Positions 28,762-38,712 of a stretch of DNA of 64,000 nucleotides are shown one piece after another. The translations under genes and the position numbers were made by a program. The stretch comes from an uncultured Nitrospirales bacterium. Lineage in GTDB: Bacteria > UBA10199 > JADGCS01. The notes beneath the pieces were generated by a model. The model was not told where the DNA came from. It did not search any database and saw nothing but the letters and a program-made list of their open reading frames with translations. The stretch lies in the NCBI GenBank assembly GCA_964609965.1, contig CAZSTS010000003.1, forward strand, positions 67,260 to 131,259. Reading direction: 5' to 3'. Positions within the stretch are counted from its first letter, which is position 1. Each line of letters opens with the position of its first letter.

Positions 28762-29918
28762 AAAAAGACATGAAAATTTTCTTTATTATTAATTGTACGT
28801 TTTCGGCATGGCTTTTTAGAAAAGGATTGATGCGAACTCTTGTGGAACAAGGGCATGATGTAACGCTACTTGCTCCCTATGATAGCAAGTATCAAGAACT
28901 GATCAGAAAAATAGGTGTAAAGTATGTTCCTTTGCATGTAGAACGTTTTTTTGGCCCTTTATCAGATATTAGGCTTTTTTTTAGATTGTGGAGACTTCTC
29001 AAAAAGCACCAGCCTGATGTTGTTCATAATTTTACAATTAAGCCAAATATTTATGGAACCTTTGCGGCTAGGTTAGCTGGGATTAAGAAGATTATTTGTA
29101 CGGTAACAGGTTTAGGCGACCTTTTTGTAGAAGGTGCTGGTTTTGGTCTTAAGCTCATGAGGGGGATTGCTTCATTCATGTATAAATGTGCCTTTGCCCT
29201 TTGTGCTAAGGTTTCTTTTCAAAATGATGATGATTTGAATTTCTTTGTGAACAAAAAAATCATTAAAAAAAATAAAGCTGTTCTTATACGTAGCTCTGGA
29301 GTTGACATGGTTGAATTTCATCCCAATGTGATTTCTTCCGAAAAACAATCTTGGATCAGGACTGAGTTAGGAATTGATGCTGACACGATTGTTGTGTCGA
29401 TGTTTGCAAGAGCGCATTGGGCCAAGGGTGTTCGTGAGTTTGTCGAAGCCTCAAAGCAGATCTCATCAAACAATAAAAAATATATTTTTCTGCTTGTTGG
29501 CTGGGTTGAAAGCGGTAAAATGTCTGTTCCCAAGGAGTATCTGCTGTCAGAGCAGTCTGTTTATTTTCAATGGATTGGCTTCAGGGAAGATGTCAGGAGC
29601 TATTTAGCTATATCAAATATTATTGTTCTTCCGTCTTACTATCGAGAAGGGATTCCACGAAGCCTCTTAGAAGCCATGGCTATGGGAAAACCCATTATCA
29701 CAACCGATAATATTGGTTGCCGAGAAATTGTAGATGATGGTGTGAATGGTTATCTTGTGCCCCCAAAGGATGTCCCAGCATTAAAAGAATCCATCTCAAA
29801 ATTACTTGATGATTCAAGTAAACGGGAGGCCTTTGGCAATGCTTCATTGGCAAAAGTTAAACGGGAATTTAGTGAGACTATGGTGATCGAGCAAACTTTT
29901 TCATTGCTGTATTCATAA
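28758..29918 (+). CDS. GT4 family glycosyltransferase
   Basis: EX7E region EGIPRSLLEAMAMGKPIITTDNIGCREIVDDGVNGYLV. Confidence 0.8.
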   Translation: MKKDMKIFFIINCTFSAWLFRKGLMRTLVEQGHDVTLLAPYDSKYQELIRKIGVKYVPLHVERFFGPLSDIRLFFRLWRLLKKHQPDVVHNFTIKPNIYGTFAARLAGIKKIICTVTGLGDLFVEGAGFGLKLMRGIASFMYKCAFALCAKVSFQNDDDLNFFVNKKIIKKNKAVLIRSSGVDMVEFHPNVISSEKQSWIRTELGIDADTIVVSMFARAHWAKGVREFVEASKQISSNNKKYIFLLVGWVESGKMSVPKEYLLSEQSVYFQWIGFREDVRSYLAISNIIVLPSYYREGIPRSLLEAMAMGKPIITTDNIGCREIVDDGVNGYLVPPKDVPALKESISKLLDDSSKREAFGNASLAKVKREFSETMVIEQTFSLLYS

Positions 29919-29957
29919 GGGTTCAAAACAATTTTCTGATAGTTTATGAAGTAAAAT

Positions 29958-31280
29958 ATGCGATCCTTCACAAAAGACACAATCATAACAATGGGTACAA
30001 AAATTCTACAAATGGGATTAGGATTTTTGTCGTCCATTATTGTGGCGAGAGTTTTGGGCCCAGAGGGAAGAGGTGTTTATGCGCTTATCTTTTTGTTGCC
30101 ATCACTTCTTATTTTAACTTTTTCACTTGGTATCGAAAATGCAACTGTTTTCTATATTGGGAGAAAAAAATATGAACTTGGTGAGATTGCTGGGGCAATT
30201 CTTGTTTTTGCTGCTATTTTGGGAACTGCAGCAGTACTTAGCGGTTTGTTTTTTATTTATTTCTTTGGGGAGGTGGTCTTTCCCTCTGTAAAACAGATTT
30301 TCCTGGTTGTGACGCTCTTGTTTATTCCCTTTCAGTTCTATTTAGCCTTGCTTACGAACATGGTTTTAGGGCTAGGTAAAATTGGAAAATACAATTTTAT
30401 TGGGTTGCTGCAAGGTTTTTCTTTCTGTATTTTTAATATCTTTCTTTTGATTGCCTTAAAAATGGATCTTCCGGGAGCTATTGTTGCTTATTTTATTGCG
30501 ATTTTGATTACTTGTTCTTGGGCATTTTTTGTATGCAAAAAGGAAGGCATAAAAATCCGTTTTCCTTTTCATAAAAGAATTTACAAGGATTTTCTGTTCT
30601 TTGGTAGCCAGAATTACCTAGGCAGCTTAGGAACATTTTTTCATCTCCGGATTGATGTATGGATGATTAGCATGTTTTTATCTACACAGGCGGTTGGACA
30701 TTATTCCATAGCTGCAAAGCTTTCGGAAGAGGTATGGTTGGTTTCTCTTGCTGCTGCAACAATCCTTTTTCAAAGAGTTACAGCAGAGAGAGATGAGAAA
30801 AGGTTGAACAGTCTTACCCCGCGTGTTTGTCGAAACGTTTTATTTATCACTTTTATAATGGCTCTGGGTGTTGCTGTTTTGGCTCCATGTTTCGTTATCT
30901 GGTTTTATTCTGATATGTACATGGCCTCTATTTTGCCATTTCAGGTCTTGTTGGTGGCATCCCTTGCCTGGGCAGGGTCACGTATTCTTGGGAATGACAT
31001 GACAGGCCGTGGGAGGCCCATGATTTACACGGGGAGTACTTTTGCCTCACTTCTTGTCAATATTGTTCTCAACATTTTATTGGTTAAAAAATATGGCATT
31101 GCTGGGATAGCCGCAGCTTCTGCCATTTCATATACTTGTATGTTTCTTATTCTGCTAGCTTATTACAAAAAGGTTTCAGGAAATAGTGTCAGCAATATTA
31201 TTCTTATTAAAAGGGAAGATTTTACAATGTACAAGAATATTTTTTTGAGAGTGAAAGGTTTTTTTAAAAGTACGGGCTGA
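29958..31280 (+). CDS. wzx: Wzx-type polysaccharide flippase (MOP superfamily) #2
   Basis: 440 aa polytopic protein with the MATE-like polysaccharide-biosynthesis-protein pattern. Confidence 0.65.
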   Translation: MRSFTKDTIITMGTKILQMGLGFLSSIIVARVLGPEGRGVYALIFLLPSLLILTFSLGIENATVFYIGRKKYELGEIAGAILVFAAILGTAAVLSGLFFIYFFGEVVFPSVKQIFLVVTLLFIPFQFYLALLTNMVLGLGKIGKYNFIGLLQGFSFCIFNIFLLIALKMDLPGAIVAYFIAILITCSWAFFVCKKEGIKIRFPFHKRIYKDFLFFGSQNYLGSLGTFFHLRIDVWMISMFLSTQAVGHYSIAAKLSEEVWLVSLAAATILFQRVTAERDEKRLNSLTPRVCRNVLFITFIMALGVAVLAPCFVIWFYSDMYMASILPFQVLLVASLAWAGSRILGNDMTGRGRPMIYTGSTFASLLVNIVLNILLVKKYGIAGIAAASAISYTCMFLILLAYYKKVSGNSVSNIILIKREDFTMYKNIFLRVKGFFKSTG

Positions 31281-31310
31281 TTTTATTGTTTTCACCGGGA
31301 GTTATGTAAA

Positions 31311-32186
31311 ATGAAAAAGAATCCTTTTTTTTTCATTATAGATGATGGTGCTTTTCCCTATGCCTTGCCAGAGAAGGAATGTCCTGTTGGCATGAAGGTG
31401 TATGAAAACATCTTAAAGATTGCGAAAGCATTTCAGGTAAGAATTCCCATTTGTTTGACTCTCAAGCATTTAGATTCAACAGGGATTTCAAAAGAGGCTG
31501 ATCCTGTTCCCTATTGTGATGAGCTTGTGTCTTTTTTAAAAGAAAATCAAAAGTATCTTGAGATAGGGTATCATGGATTGACTCATGAATATCAGCAACA
31601 TGTGGGAGAATTTTTCCGTTTGGATACAAATCAAGCTGTGCCTGAAGAAGTGCAAAGAGAACATATCCAACTGAGTCAGGATATATTTGAATCTTGGGGT
31701 TTGAATTTTCCTGAGCTTTTTGTCCCTCCCTATCATGCATGGGAAGAAGGCGTGACTGATCGGCTACTTTCAGAGCTGGGTGTAAAATACATTGTATCCA
31801 TGCCCATACTAAAAGTAGGGGCCCATCACTATACTTGGAAGGGGTCACAGCATTTGGCATTTTACCCGCGCAAGAGCCTGGGGCTCAGTGGTTCAGATTG
31901 TCATTTTTCGATGAACGATTTCCGTAAAATTCGATTTTATCCTCAAAAAACTGTTCTTGAATTTGTTAAGGATCACATTCAGCCCATATCACTCATGTCT
32001 AAGTTGAGAATTCATCATTCTTTGTTTCCCAAACCTGTTCATAGTTTTATGACTCATATTGGGAATTTTTTTGATGAATCACTCGATTTTTGGCTGAAAC
32101 TATTTGAATATGTTGAGAAAAATGAAGAATTATACTTATGTCGCTCAAACGAAGATGCTATGCAGTTTTATAATCAAATTAAATAA
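31311..32186 (+). CDS. polysaccharide deacetylase-like protein (NodB motif 1 IIDDGAF, His motif HGLTHEYQQH)
   Basis: Motifs seen in sequence. Contains a T10 tract at 31325-31334. Confidence 0.5.
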   Translation: MKKNPFFFIIDDGAFPYALPEKECPVGMKVYENILKIAKAFQVRIPICLTLKHLDSTGISKEADPVPYCDELVSFLKENQKYLEIGYHGLTHEYQQHVGEFFRLDTNQAVPEEVQREHIQLSQDIFESWGLNFPELFVPPYHAWEEGVTDRLLSELGVKYIVSMPILKVGAHHYTWKGSQHLAFYPRKSLGLSGSDCHFSMNDFRKIRFYPQKTVLEFVKDHIQPISLMSKLRIHHSLFPKPVHSFMTHIGNFFDESLDFWLKLFEYVEKNEELYLCRSNEDAMQFYNQIK

Positions 32187-32206
32187 ACCAATAGGGTGTT
32201 ATATTT

Positions 32207-33058
32207 ATGTGGCAAGGAACATATAAAATTTGGCAGAATAAGGAGTTTTGTAAGCTATATGCTCAGACATCTCATCGCCAACTTCACGAATGTGGCTATA
32301 CCAAGGTTTTAGTCTCTCAACAAAAGTACCTTGGGAATACCACGTTGTATCTTTATAATCCTCTTTCATCTGATTGGACTCTTCCAGTAGATTCATTGGC
32401 TAAAGAACTAGGTGTGGCGCGAGTTTGGGCTTACTTGACTCAGCCGTGTTTGGAAAAAGAAGCCTTTCTCAAGGAAGAATTCCATACCACATTGATTCCA
32501 CTCCACGAAGGAGAGGAAAAATTATGGAAAAGAGTAGGTGATAAGACTCGAAACATGGTCCGTAAGGGAAAAAAGGCAGGTGTTGAGGTGTCTCTTGCAG
32601 AAACTCAGGAGGATTTTGAAGGTTGGTGGGCTGTGTATCATCAGCTTACGCAGCAAATAGGCTTTCAGTCACAGAATTATGATTTTTGTAAAAAGCTTTT
32701 TGAAACACCCTCTTTGTCAAAACTATTTGTGGCTCGTCTTGGTTCAAAAATCATCGGAGGCTGTTTTTTTCTGACAGATGATTATCCCTTGTATTGGTTG
32801 GGTGCCTTTGATCGTGCCTATCAAAAAACCTCAGCTGGGCATGTGACGATGTGGGAAGCCATGCTTTATTTCATGTCTCATGGGTGTTCTCTTCTTGATT
32901 TAGGTGGTATTTCGGTTGGGGAAACAGACGGTCCCTCACGATTCAAGAAGAATTTTGGTGGCGATCTTCAGAAGGCCTATATTTATGAATGGCCTGTATC
33001 AAAAATGAAAAACTGTTTTTTGAAAGTGGCAAGTAAACTTCGAACTTTTGCTAAGTGA
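32207..33058 (+). CDS. FemAB-family / GNAT-fold acyl- or aminoacyl-transferase
   Basis: 283 aa. FemAB-like and BioF2-like acetyltransferase pattern (WWAVYHQLTQ..., FVARLGSKIIGGCFF, LYWLGAFD). The wider FemAB-deacetylase-GT-Wzy-sugar-transferase-Wzz-Wza context resembles PEP-CTERM/exosortase EPS loci. Confidence 0.45.
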   Translation: MWQGTYKIWQNKEFCKLYAQTSHRQLHECGYTKVLVSQQKYLGNTTLYLYNPLSSDWTLPVDSLAKELGVARVWAYLTQPCLEKEAFLKEEFHTTLIPLHEGEEKLWKRVGDKTRNMVRKGKKAGVEVSLAETQEDFEGWWAVYHQLTQQIGFQSQNYDFCKKLFETPSLSKLFVARLGSKIIGGCFFLTDDYPLYWLGAFDRAYQKTSAGHVTMWEAMLYFMSHGCSLLDLGGISVGETDGPSRFKKNFGGDLQKAYIYEWPVSKMKNCFLKVASKLRTFAK

Positions 33059-33065
33059 GGTTGTG

Positions 33066-34154
33066 ATGCATATTTGTTTTTTGGCTGGTGCTAATTCTAT
33101 TCATTCAAAACGCTGGGTTGAGTTCTTTGCTCAAAGAGGCCATCGTGTTTCTTGGATTTCACTTGGAGTAGGAGAAACACAAGTCTGTGAGGGAATTGAT
33201 TTTTTCAATGTTGAGAAAAAGGGGCCCAGGATTTTGAGGCCTCTATATTATTACTCGCAGATTCGAGAGATATTGAAACGACAAAAACCCGACGTGCTTC
33301 ATGTTCACCAATTATGGCTTGATGGCGTGATTGCAGCTTTTTCACGCCAACACCCCTTTGTGATAACCCCTTGGGGTTCGGATATCCTTTTGTTGAAAAA
33401 TAAGCCCATTCAAAAGAAATTAACTCGGTATGCAATTTCAAAAGCTGATTTTGCCACATGTGATGGAGACAATACACGCGAAGCTCTTGTGAATTTTGGC
33501 ATGTCACCAGATAAAATAGAGAAAATCATGTTTGGTGTAGATGTTGATCTCTATCAGCCTCGTCAAAAGCCAGAAGTGCTTAAGAAAAAGTTGGGAATCA
33601 CTGATGGCCCAATAGTTGTTTCTCTCAGAAGTTTAAAGCCTTTGTATGATGTGGCTACTTTTATTCGTTCGATGCCATCGGTTCTCAAAGAAGTGCCTAA
33701 CGCTGTTTTTGTTGTAGTTGGTGACGGTCCTCAAAGAGGTGAACTGGAAAACCTAGCTAAAGAGCTTGGTGTTTATGATTCAATTAAGTTTGTTGGAGCT
33801 GTTGAGGCCCACGAGATACCTCAATACCTAAACCTAGCTGATATTTATGTCTCTACCTCGCTTTCAGATAGTGGATTGGCGGCAAGTACTGCTGAGGCCA
33901 TGTCTAGTGGTGTGCCTGTGATTGTCACAGATTCAGGTGATAATACATTGTGGATTGAAGAGGGCCAAAATGGCTATGTTGTTGGGTTGAGTGACTATAA
34001 GGCTTTGGCCTCGCATACAATTCAGCTGCTTTTCGATGAGGTGTTGAGGATGAACATTGGGCAGAATAATCGAGACATGATTGATAAAAAAAATAATTAT
34101 GATCGTGAAATGAAAAAAATGGAGAAGACTTACCTGAGCTTGTTAAACAGGTAA
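33066..34154 (+). CDS. GT4 family glycosyltransferase
   Basis: GT4 C-terminal domain (STSLSDSGLAASTAEAMSSGVPVIVTDSGDN). GAGG RBS before ATG 33066. Confidence 0.75.
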   Translation: MHICFLAGANSIHSKRWVEFFAQRGHRVSWISLGVGETQVCEGIDFFNVEKKGPRILRPLYYYSQIREILKRQKPDVLHVHQLWLDGVIAAFSRQHPFVITPWGSDILLLKNKPIQKKLTRYAISKADFATCDGDNTREALVNFGMSPDKIEKIMFGVDVDLYQPRQKPEVLKKKLGITDGPIVVSLRSLKPLYDVATFIRSMPSVLKEVPNAVFVVVGDGPQRGELENLAKELGVYDSIKFVGAVEAHEIPQYLNLADIYVSTSLSDSGLAASTAEAMSSGVPVIVTDSGDNTLWIEEGQNGYVVGLSDYKALASHTIQLLFDEVLRMNIGQNNRDMIDKKNNYDREMKKMEKTYLSLLNR

Positions 34155-34169
34155 TTTTCTGAATCGTTT

Positions 34170-34868
34170 ATGTTAAATGAATTCAAAAAATACGCGCGAC
34201 CTTTTTATTGGAAAATGCAAAAGTTTCGTGCTCTCTTATGTGGAACAACAAAATTTGAGAAACAATGGGAAAGTCTATACCAGGAGGATGGAGAGAAGCT
34301 CATTCTTGATAGCTGGGAAGATCGGTTTAGTTTGCGTCGCCAGTATTTTAGGGATTATTTCAAAAGACATGTTCCGTTTGAGAGTGTTTTAGAATTTGGT
34401 TGTCATTGCGGCTGTAATTTATATGGCCTAGCAAAAGAATATCCAGAACTTAATCTTATGGGGATTGATGTTAATCCCCAGTTGATAAAAATGGGCCGAG
34501 CTTTATTGGGACAAGAAGAACTAGGTAATATTTCATTGCGAACTGGCAATGTTCAATCCTTAAAAGAGATAGGAGATAAAAGTATTGATGTTGTATTTAC
34601 AGATGCTGTGTTGATCTATGTTGGGCCTGACCAGATTCATGAGGTTTTCGATCATTTCAAGCGCATTGCGCGTAAATCTGTAATTTTGCAAGAATGGCAT
34701 CACGATGAAGAGAAAGAGAGCCTCTTTTATAAGGGGTTCTGGGTATGGAATTATCGAAAATTTTTTTCTGATAAAACAAAAATTAATATTACAAAAATTC
34801 CTCCAGATATTTGGCCTGCTGATGGATGGAGAAAATATGGAAATGTGATCGAAATAGAGTTCGAATAG
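34170..34868 (+). CDS. class I SAM-dependent methyltransferase
   Basis: VLEFGCHCGCNL motif I. Confidence 0.7.
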   Translation: MLNEFKKYARPFYWKMQKFRALLCGTTKFEKQWESLYQEDGEKLILDSWEDRFSLRRQYFRDYFKRHVPFESVLEFGCHCGCNLYGLAKEYPELNLMGIDVNPQLIKMGRALLGQEELGNISLRTGNVQSLKEIGDKSIDVVFTDAVLIYVGPDQIHEVFDHFKRIARKSVILQEWHHDEEKESLFYKGFWVWNYRKFFSDKTKINITKIPPDIWPADGWRKYGNVIEIEFE

Positions 34869-34888
34869 AGAATTGGAAAGAGGTGTTT

Positions 34889-36181
34889 ATGAAAAAAGTG
34901 CTGATTATTGGACATTTTTGGCCCTATCACCAGGGAGGTAGTAAGCGAATATTGGGCTTAGCAAAGTATTTAGCAGAGTTTGGTTGGAAGCCAACGATTC
35001 TTACTGGAAAATTGAATTCAGGAAAGCCAGAAATTGATATTCATTATATTGAAACAGAATCAGGTAATCGCATAGCTCAATTTAAACGTTTTTTTGGATT
35101 GGACAGCAAAAAAAGTATCCAAGCACAAATGGGCATTTCTGCACCTACCCGTGAGAAAGAGGGTTCTTTAAGCACGCGATTGGTCAAGATGGTTGAGGCG
35201 GTTGTGACATATCCAGATACTGAAATTGCTTGGAAAACTCATGCAATGAAAGCTGTCGAAAAATTGATGGTAGAGCATAAATATGATGCTGTCTTAAGTG
35301 TTTGGCCCATCACGGCACACATGATTGGTCATGAGATACATAAGAAATATGGTGTGCCTTGGTTTGTAGATTTTCCAGACATGTGGGCCTTCACGTATGC
35401 TTATCGGTATGGAGAGATAAGACGTTATTTTGACAAAAGGCTTGAAAGAAAAACAATGATTCCAGCGAAAACAATTGTCACATCTTCATGGCCACAATCA
35501 CGGTTGTTAGAAAAACTACACAAAAGAGAGCGTATCCATACGATTAAAATGGGCTATGATCCTGAGTATGAAAATAACCCGCCTATACCATTAACGGATA
35601 AATTTACGATTACCTATACAGGTGTTTTGTATGGAAAAGAACGAAACCCATACAAGTTTTTTGAGGCCCTAGCTTCTCTTATTCGAAAACGGCTCATAGA
35701 TCCCAAAGATGTTGACGTGAGGTTTTATGGAAAGTTTGAAGACTGGGTTCAAGAAGATATTGAGCGACATGGGCTGCAGGATATTGTGAAGCAATATGGC
35801 TCTGTTTCGTGGATGGACTGTTTACAAAGGCAAAGAGAATCCCAGTTGCTTTTACAACTGAATTGGGAAGACCCAAAAGAAAAAGGCGCTTACTCAGGAA
35901 AAATAGCTGAATACCTGGCTGCCTTTCGACCTGTGATTTCTGTGGGCGGGTTTGGTAAAGATGTTATGGAAGAATTGTTTATTGAAACAAACGTTGGTGC
36001 CTATTGTATTGATGTTTCCGAGACTGAAACAGCGTTATTAAACTATTACAATGAATTCAAAACTCATGGTTTTGTAGATTTTAAAGGGACATTAAATGCC
36101 ATTACGAGTTACAGTTATCGAGAAATGGCTGGTCAGTTTGCTAAAATATTAAACCAAGTAGAGGAAGGTAATCAGTGCTAG
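34889..36181 (+). CDS. glycosyltransferase (GT4-like, GT-B fold)
   Basis: N-terminal GG-containing domain (IIGHFWPYHQGGSKRIL). C-terminal KIAEYLAAFRPVI. Confidence 0.5.
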   Translation: MKKVLIIGHFWPYHQGGSKRILGLAKYLAEFGWKPTILTGKLNSGKPEIDIHYIETESGNRIAQFKRFFGLDSKKSIQAQMGISAPTREKEGSLSTRLVKMVEAVVTYPDTEIAWKTHAMKAVEKLMVEHKYDAVLSVWPITAHMIGHEIHKKYGVPWFVDFPDMWAFTYAYRYGEIRRYFDKRLERKTMIPAKTIVTSSWPQSRLLEKLHKRERIHTIKMGYDPEYENNPPIPLTDKFTITYTGVLYGKERNPYKFFEALASLIRKRLIDPKDVDVRFYGKFEDWVQEDIERHGLQDIVKQYGSVSWMDCLQRQRESQLLLQLNWEDPKEKGAYSGKIAEYLAAFRPVISVGGFGKDVMEELFIETNVGAYCIDVSETETALLNYYNEFKTHGFVDFKGTLNAITSYSYREMAGQFAKILNQVEEGNQC

Positions 36182-37539
36182 TTTTTGTTTGTATAGTCTT
36201 CTTTGGCTTGTGTTTCCTAGGGCTTGCGGCAACTCGACCAGGCCTTTGGAGCCGGCTTTACATCTTTTCGACTATCATTTTATGTGGCATGATCTATGAG
36301 CAAGTGAGTTTTATTGATGAATACTTGATGAATTGCGTGATTTTGGGAGGGTGGTTACTTTTTTCTCTTGGGATCATGGACACTACCCTTCTTCCACAAA
36401 ATAAACTCAGCCGATTGCACAGATTTCTTTTTTACACCCTTTGCTTTTACTTAGTTTTTCAGAGTGTTCGTGGTGTTTATCTGACTGACATAAGAAAACT
36501 GAGATGGGTTATTTATTTTCTCTCTATTGCGTTGAGTGCCTGGATGATATCTCGTAAATCCTATGCTCTTCCTCAAGGAGTTGATTTAGTAAGAGTTGTG
36601 ACCAAGTCTTTGTTTGCGTATTTTATTCTCTATCTTTTTTATGGTTTTACTGCCGAAATTCTTTTTGGCATGAGCTGGTCTGCTGGTCAAAATATTCTTT
36701 GGGGTGGTTCATCTTACGCCATTTTTCCTTCGCTCATAGCAATCCCTTTTAGCTTTATTTTAGCTAAATATGGAGAGCAGCAGGATCGCATGATAGCTTG
36801 GGCAACTCTCTTTTTAGTTGTGATTGCAGGCTTCTATTTTGATTCACGGGCTTGCTATTTTGTTATTCTAGCCTGTCTTGGGATCGTAGCGCTCAAACTT
36901 GATTTGAAAAGGTTAATAGTAATGGGTGTGTTCTTTTTTGCTGTGCTCCTCTTTTTTACACAATTTGTTTGGCCTGAATATCAGAACTTTGAATCCTTTT
37001 GGAGTACAAGTATTGCCTCAAGCAGCAACCTTCTTTGGAGTCAAGAAGTCTCAGACCTTAGGCCAGGCGATATTGGTCGGTTTGCGCACCTGCATCTTCT
37101 TCCAAAAATAGTGGCAAAACATCCTGATGTCTTATTATTTGGAACAGGTTATCGAGCTTCAGGTTGGTTAATTGGTCCGGGGCTTGCTGAAGTTTTTATG
37201 GAAATGGGAAAATTTGGTGCAGCCAAAAGCAATGCAGGTTATGAATCAACAGTTGGGATAATCAGTATTGCTCTCGAAACTGGATTGGTTGGGCTTTTCC
37301 TTTTAATGGCCAATGTACTATGCACACTAGTTTATGTTCTTCGAAAGTGTAAAGAAATCCAAACAAAACTTTTTTTGGGACTCATATTAACAGCTTCATT
37401 TTTCTGGTTATTTGTCACAAACCCAACAGATATGCCAATATATTTTCTTTTGATTATGCCTCATGGATTTTTATACGCCTTTGTTGATGGCAAGAATACA
37501 GCTCAAGAAATGAAGGGAGTAGAACTCCAAAATTCTTAG
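36175..37539 (+). CDS. O-antigen ligase/polymerase family (Wzy_C) membrane protein
   Basis: GTG start with a GAGGAAGG RBS. Polytopic, with a periplasmic loop carrying GTGYRASGW...ESTVGIISIALETGLVGL, a Wzy_C-like motif. Confidence 0.55.
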   Translation: MLVFVCIVFFGLCFLGLAATRPGLWSRLYIFSTIILCGMIYEQVSFIDEYLMNCVILGGWLLFSLGIMDTTLLPQNKLSRLHRFLFYTLCFYLVFQSVRGVYLTDIRKLRWVIYFLSIALSAWMISRKSYALPQGVDLVRVVTKSLFAYFILYLFYGFTAEILFGMSWSAGQNILWGGSSYAIFPSLIAIPFSFILAKYGEQQDRMIAWATLFLVVIAGFYFDSRACYFVILACLGIVALKLDLKRLIVMGVFFFAVLLFFTQFVWPEYQNFESFWSTSIASSSNLLWSQEVSDLRPGDIGRFAHLHLLPKIVAKHPDVLLFGTGYRASGWLIGPGLAEVFMEMGKFGAAKSNAGYESTVGIISIALETGLVGLFLLMANVLCTLVYVLRKCKEIQTKLFLGLILTASFFWLFVTNPTDMPIYFLLIMPHGFLYAFVDGKNTAQEMKGVELQNS

Positions 37540-37554
37540 AGCAAGGAATAATGT

Positions 37555-38706
37555 ATGAGATATTTGATCCAATTTATCACAAAAAGTTCTCTTAAGAGGT
37601 TCTTTTTGAGCAGACTTTTTTTTCTCTGTTTTACACTATTATTTGTGCTAACGGGTCTTCTTTCATGGTATTTTGATTATCATTACATCATCACAATTCA
37701 ATCAGTTATTGTTTTGTTTTCTATCATTCTTGCTGTGATCCTCGTTACCTGGACCGAAGAGTTTACCTCAATGCCAGCAGAGAGATTCATGAATGTATTA
37801 ACAGGATTCGGAACAAAAGGAGAGGATGCTGTTTTTGATGAGCAGGGTGTTCCTTTGGTGAGCCTTAGAAAAATTGGAGAAATACATTATAACCCTGTTC
37901 GTGTGGCCATGGCTGGGTTTGATTATTACGAAGAATGGAAAAAGTCAGGAGAAGAGAGCGTTATTCAAAAAATGTATCATTGCACAGATTCTCTGATGGA
38001 AAACATGTTGATGAAAAAGTCTGGTGATAAGTCTTTTGCAGTGTGGGAGTATCACTATCCATGGGCAGAGCTTTCTCCTCCATGGGTTTCAGGGTTGGCA
38101 CAAGGGGTTTGTGTTCAGCTTTTTTCGATTGCCTACGAGTGTTCAAAAAATACCAAGTATTTAGAGGCAGCACAAATGACATTCAATGCCTTTGCTGTTG
38201 AAGTGAAGGATGGAGGCGTGACTTATAAAGATAGCCCTGATGAATGGTGGTATGAAGAGTATGCCAAGGCTGGCTGTGTGGAAAGTCGTGTGCTAAATGG
38301 GATGATATATGCCCTGGCAGGTATTCATGATTATCAAAGAATATCAAAAGATTCTCTAGCTCAAGAAGCTTTTGATAGGGGTGTCAGGAGTTTATTAAAA
38401 AGATTAAATGATTTTGATACAGGGTGGTGGACTTACTATGATTCGTGTGGTCTCATTGCTTCAAAATCATATCACAAGGTTCATATTAATCAGATGGAAC
38501 AAATGTATGATTTAACTGGGATAGAGGAATTCAAAAAAACTGCTGTTCGTTGGAGAAAATATAAAGCACCATTTTTTATTCGTGAATTTATTAGGCAAAA
38601 GCCAGGCTGGCATGATTTGGTAGTGCTTTTTCTTAATATGGGATTTGTATTTATCGTGATCGAAGTCTTATATATTGCTTGGAAATATTTTTTATCATTC
38701 CATTAA
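37555..38706 (+). CDS. D-glucuronyl C5-epimerase-like protein (GLCE C-terminal-domain homolog) with N- and C-terminal TM anchors
   Basis: Motif series matches animal heparosan C5-epimerase as I recall it: PWVSGLAQG (WYSAMAQG), WYEEYAKAGCVESRVLNGMIYALAGIHD (WYEEYP...VLNGFMYSLIGLYD), HINQMEQ (HINQLQ), RWRKY (RWKSY). Confidence 0.6.
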   Translation: MRYLIQFITKSSLKRFFLSRLFFLCFTLLFVLTGLLSWYFDYHYIITIQSVIVLFSIILAVILVTWTEEFTSMPAERFMNVLTGFGTKGEDAVFDEQGVPLVSLRKIGEIHYNPVRVAMAGFDYYEEWKKSGEESVIQKMYHCTDSLMENMLMKKSGDKSFAVWEYHYPWAELSPPWVSGLAQGVCVQLFSIAYECSKNTKYLEAAQMTFNAFAVEVKDGGVTYKDSPDEWWYEEYAKAGCVESRVLNGMIYALAGIHDYQRISKDSLAQEAFDRGVRSLLKRLNDFDTGWWTYYDSCGLIASKSYHKVHINQMEQMYDLTGIEEFKKTAVRWRKYKAPFFIREFIRQKPGWHDLVVLFLNMGFVFIVIEVLYIAWKYFLSFH

Positions 38707-38712
38707 TTTTTT

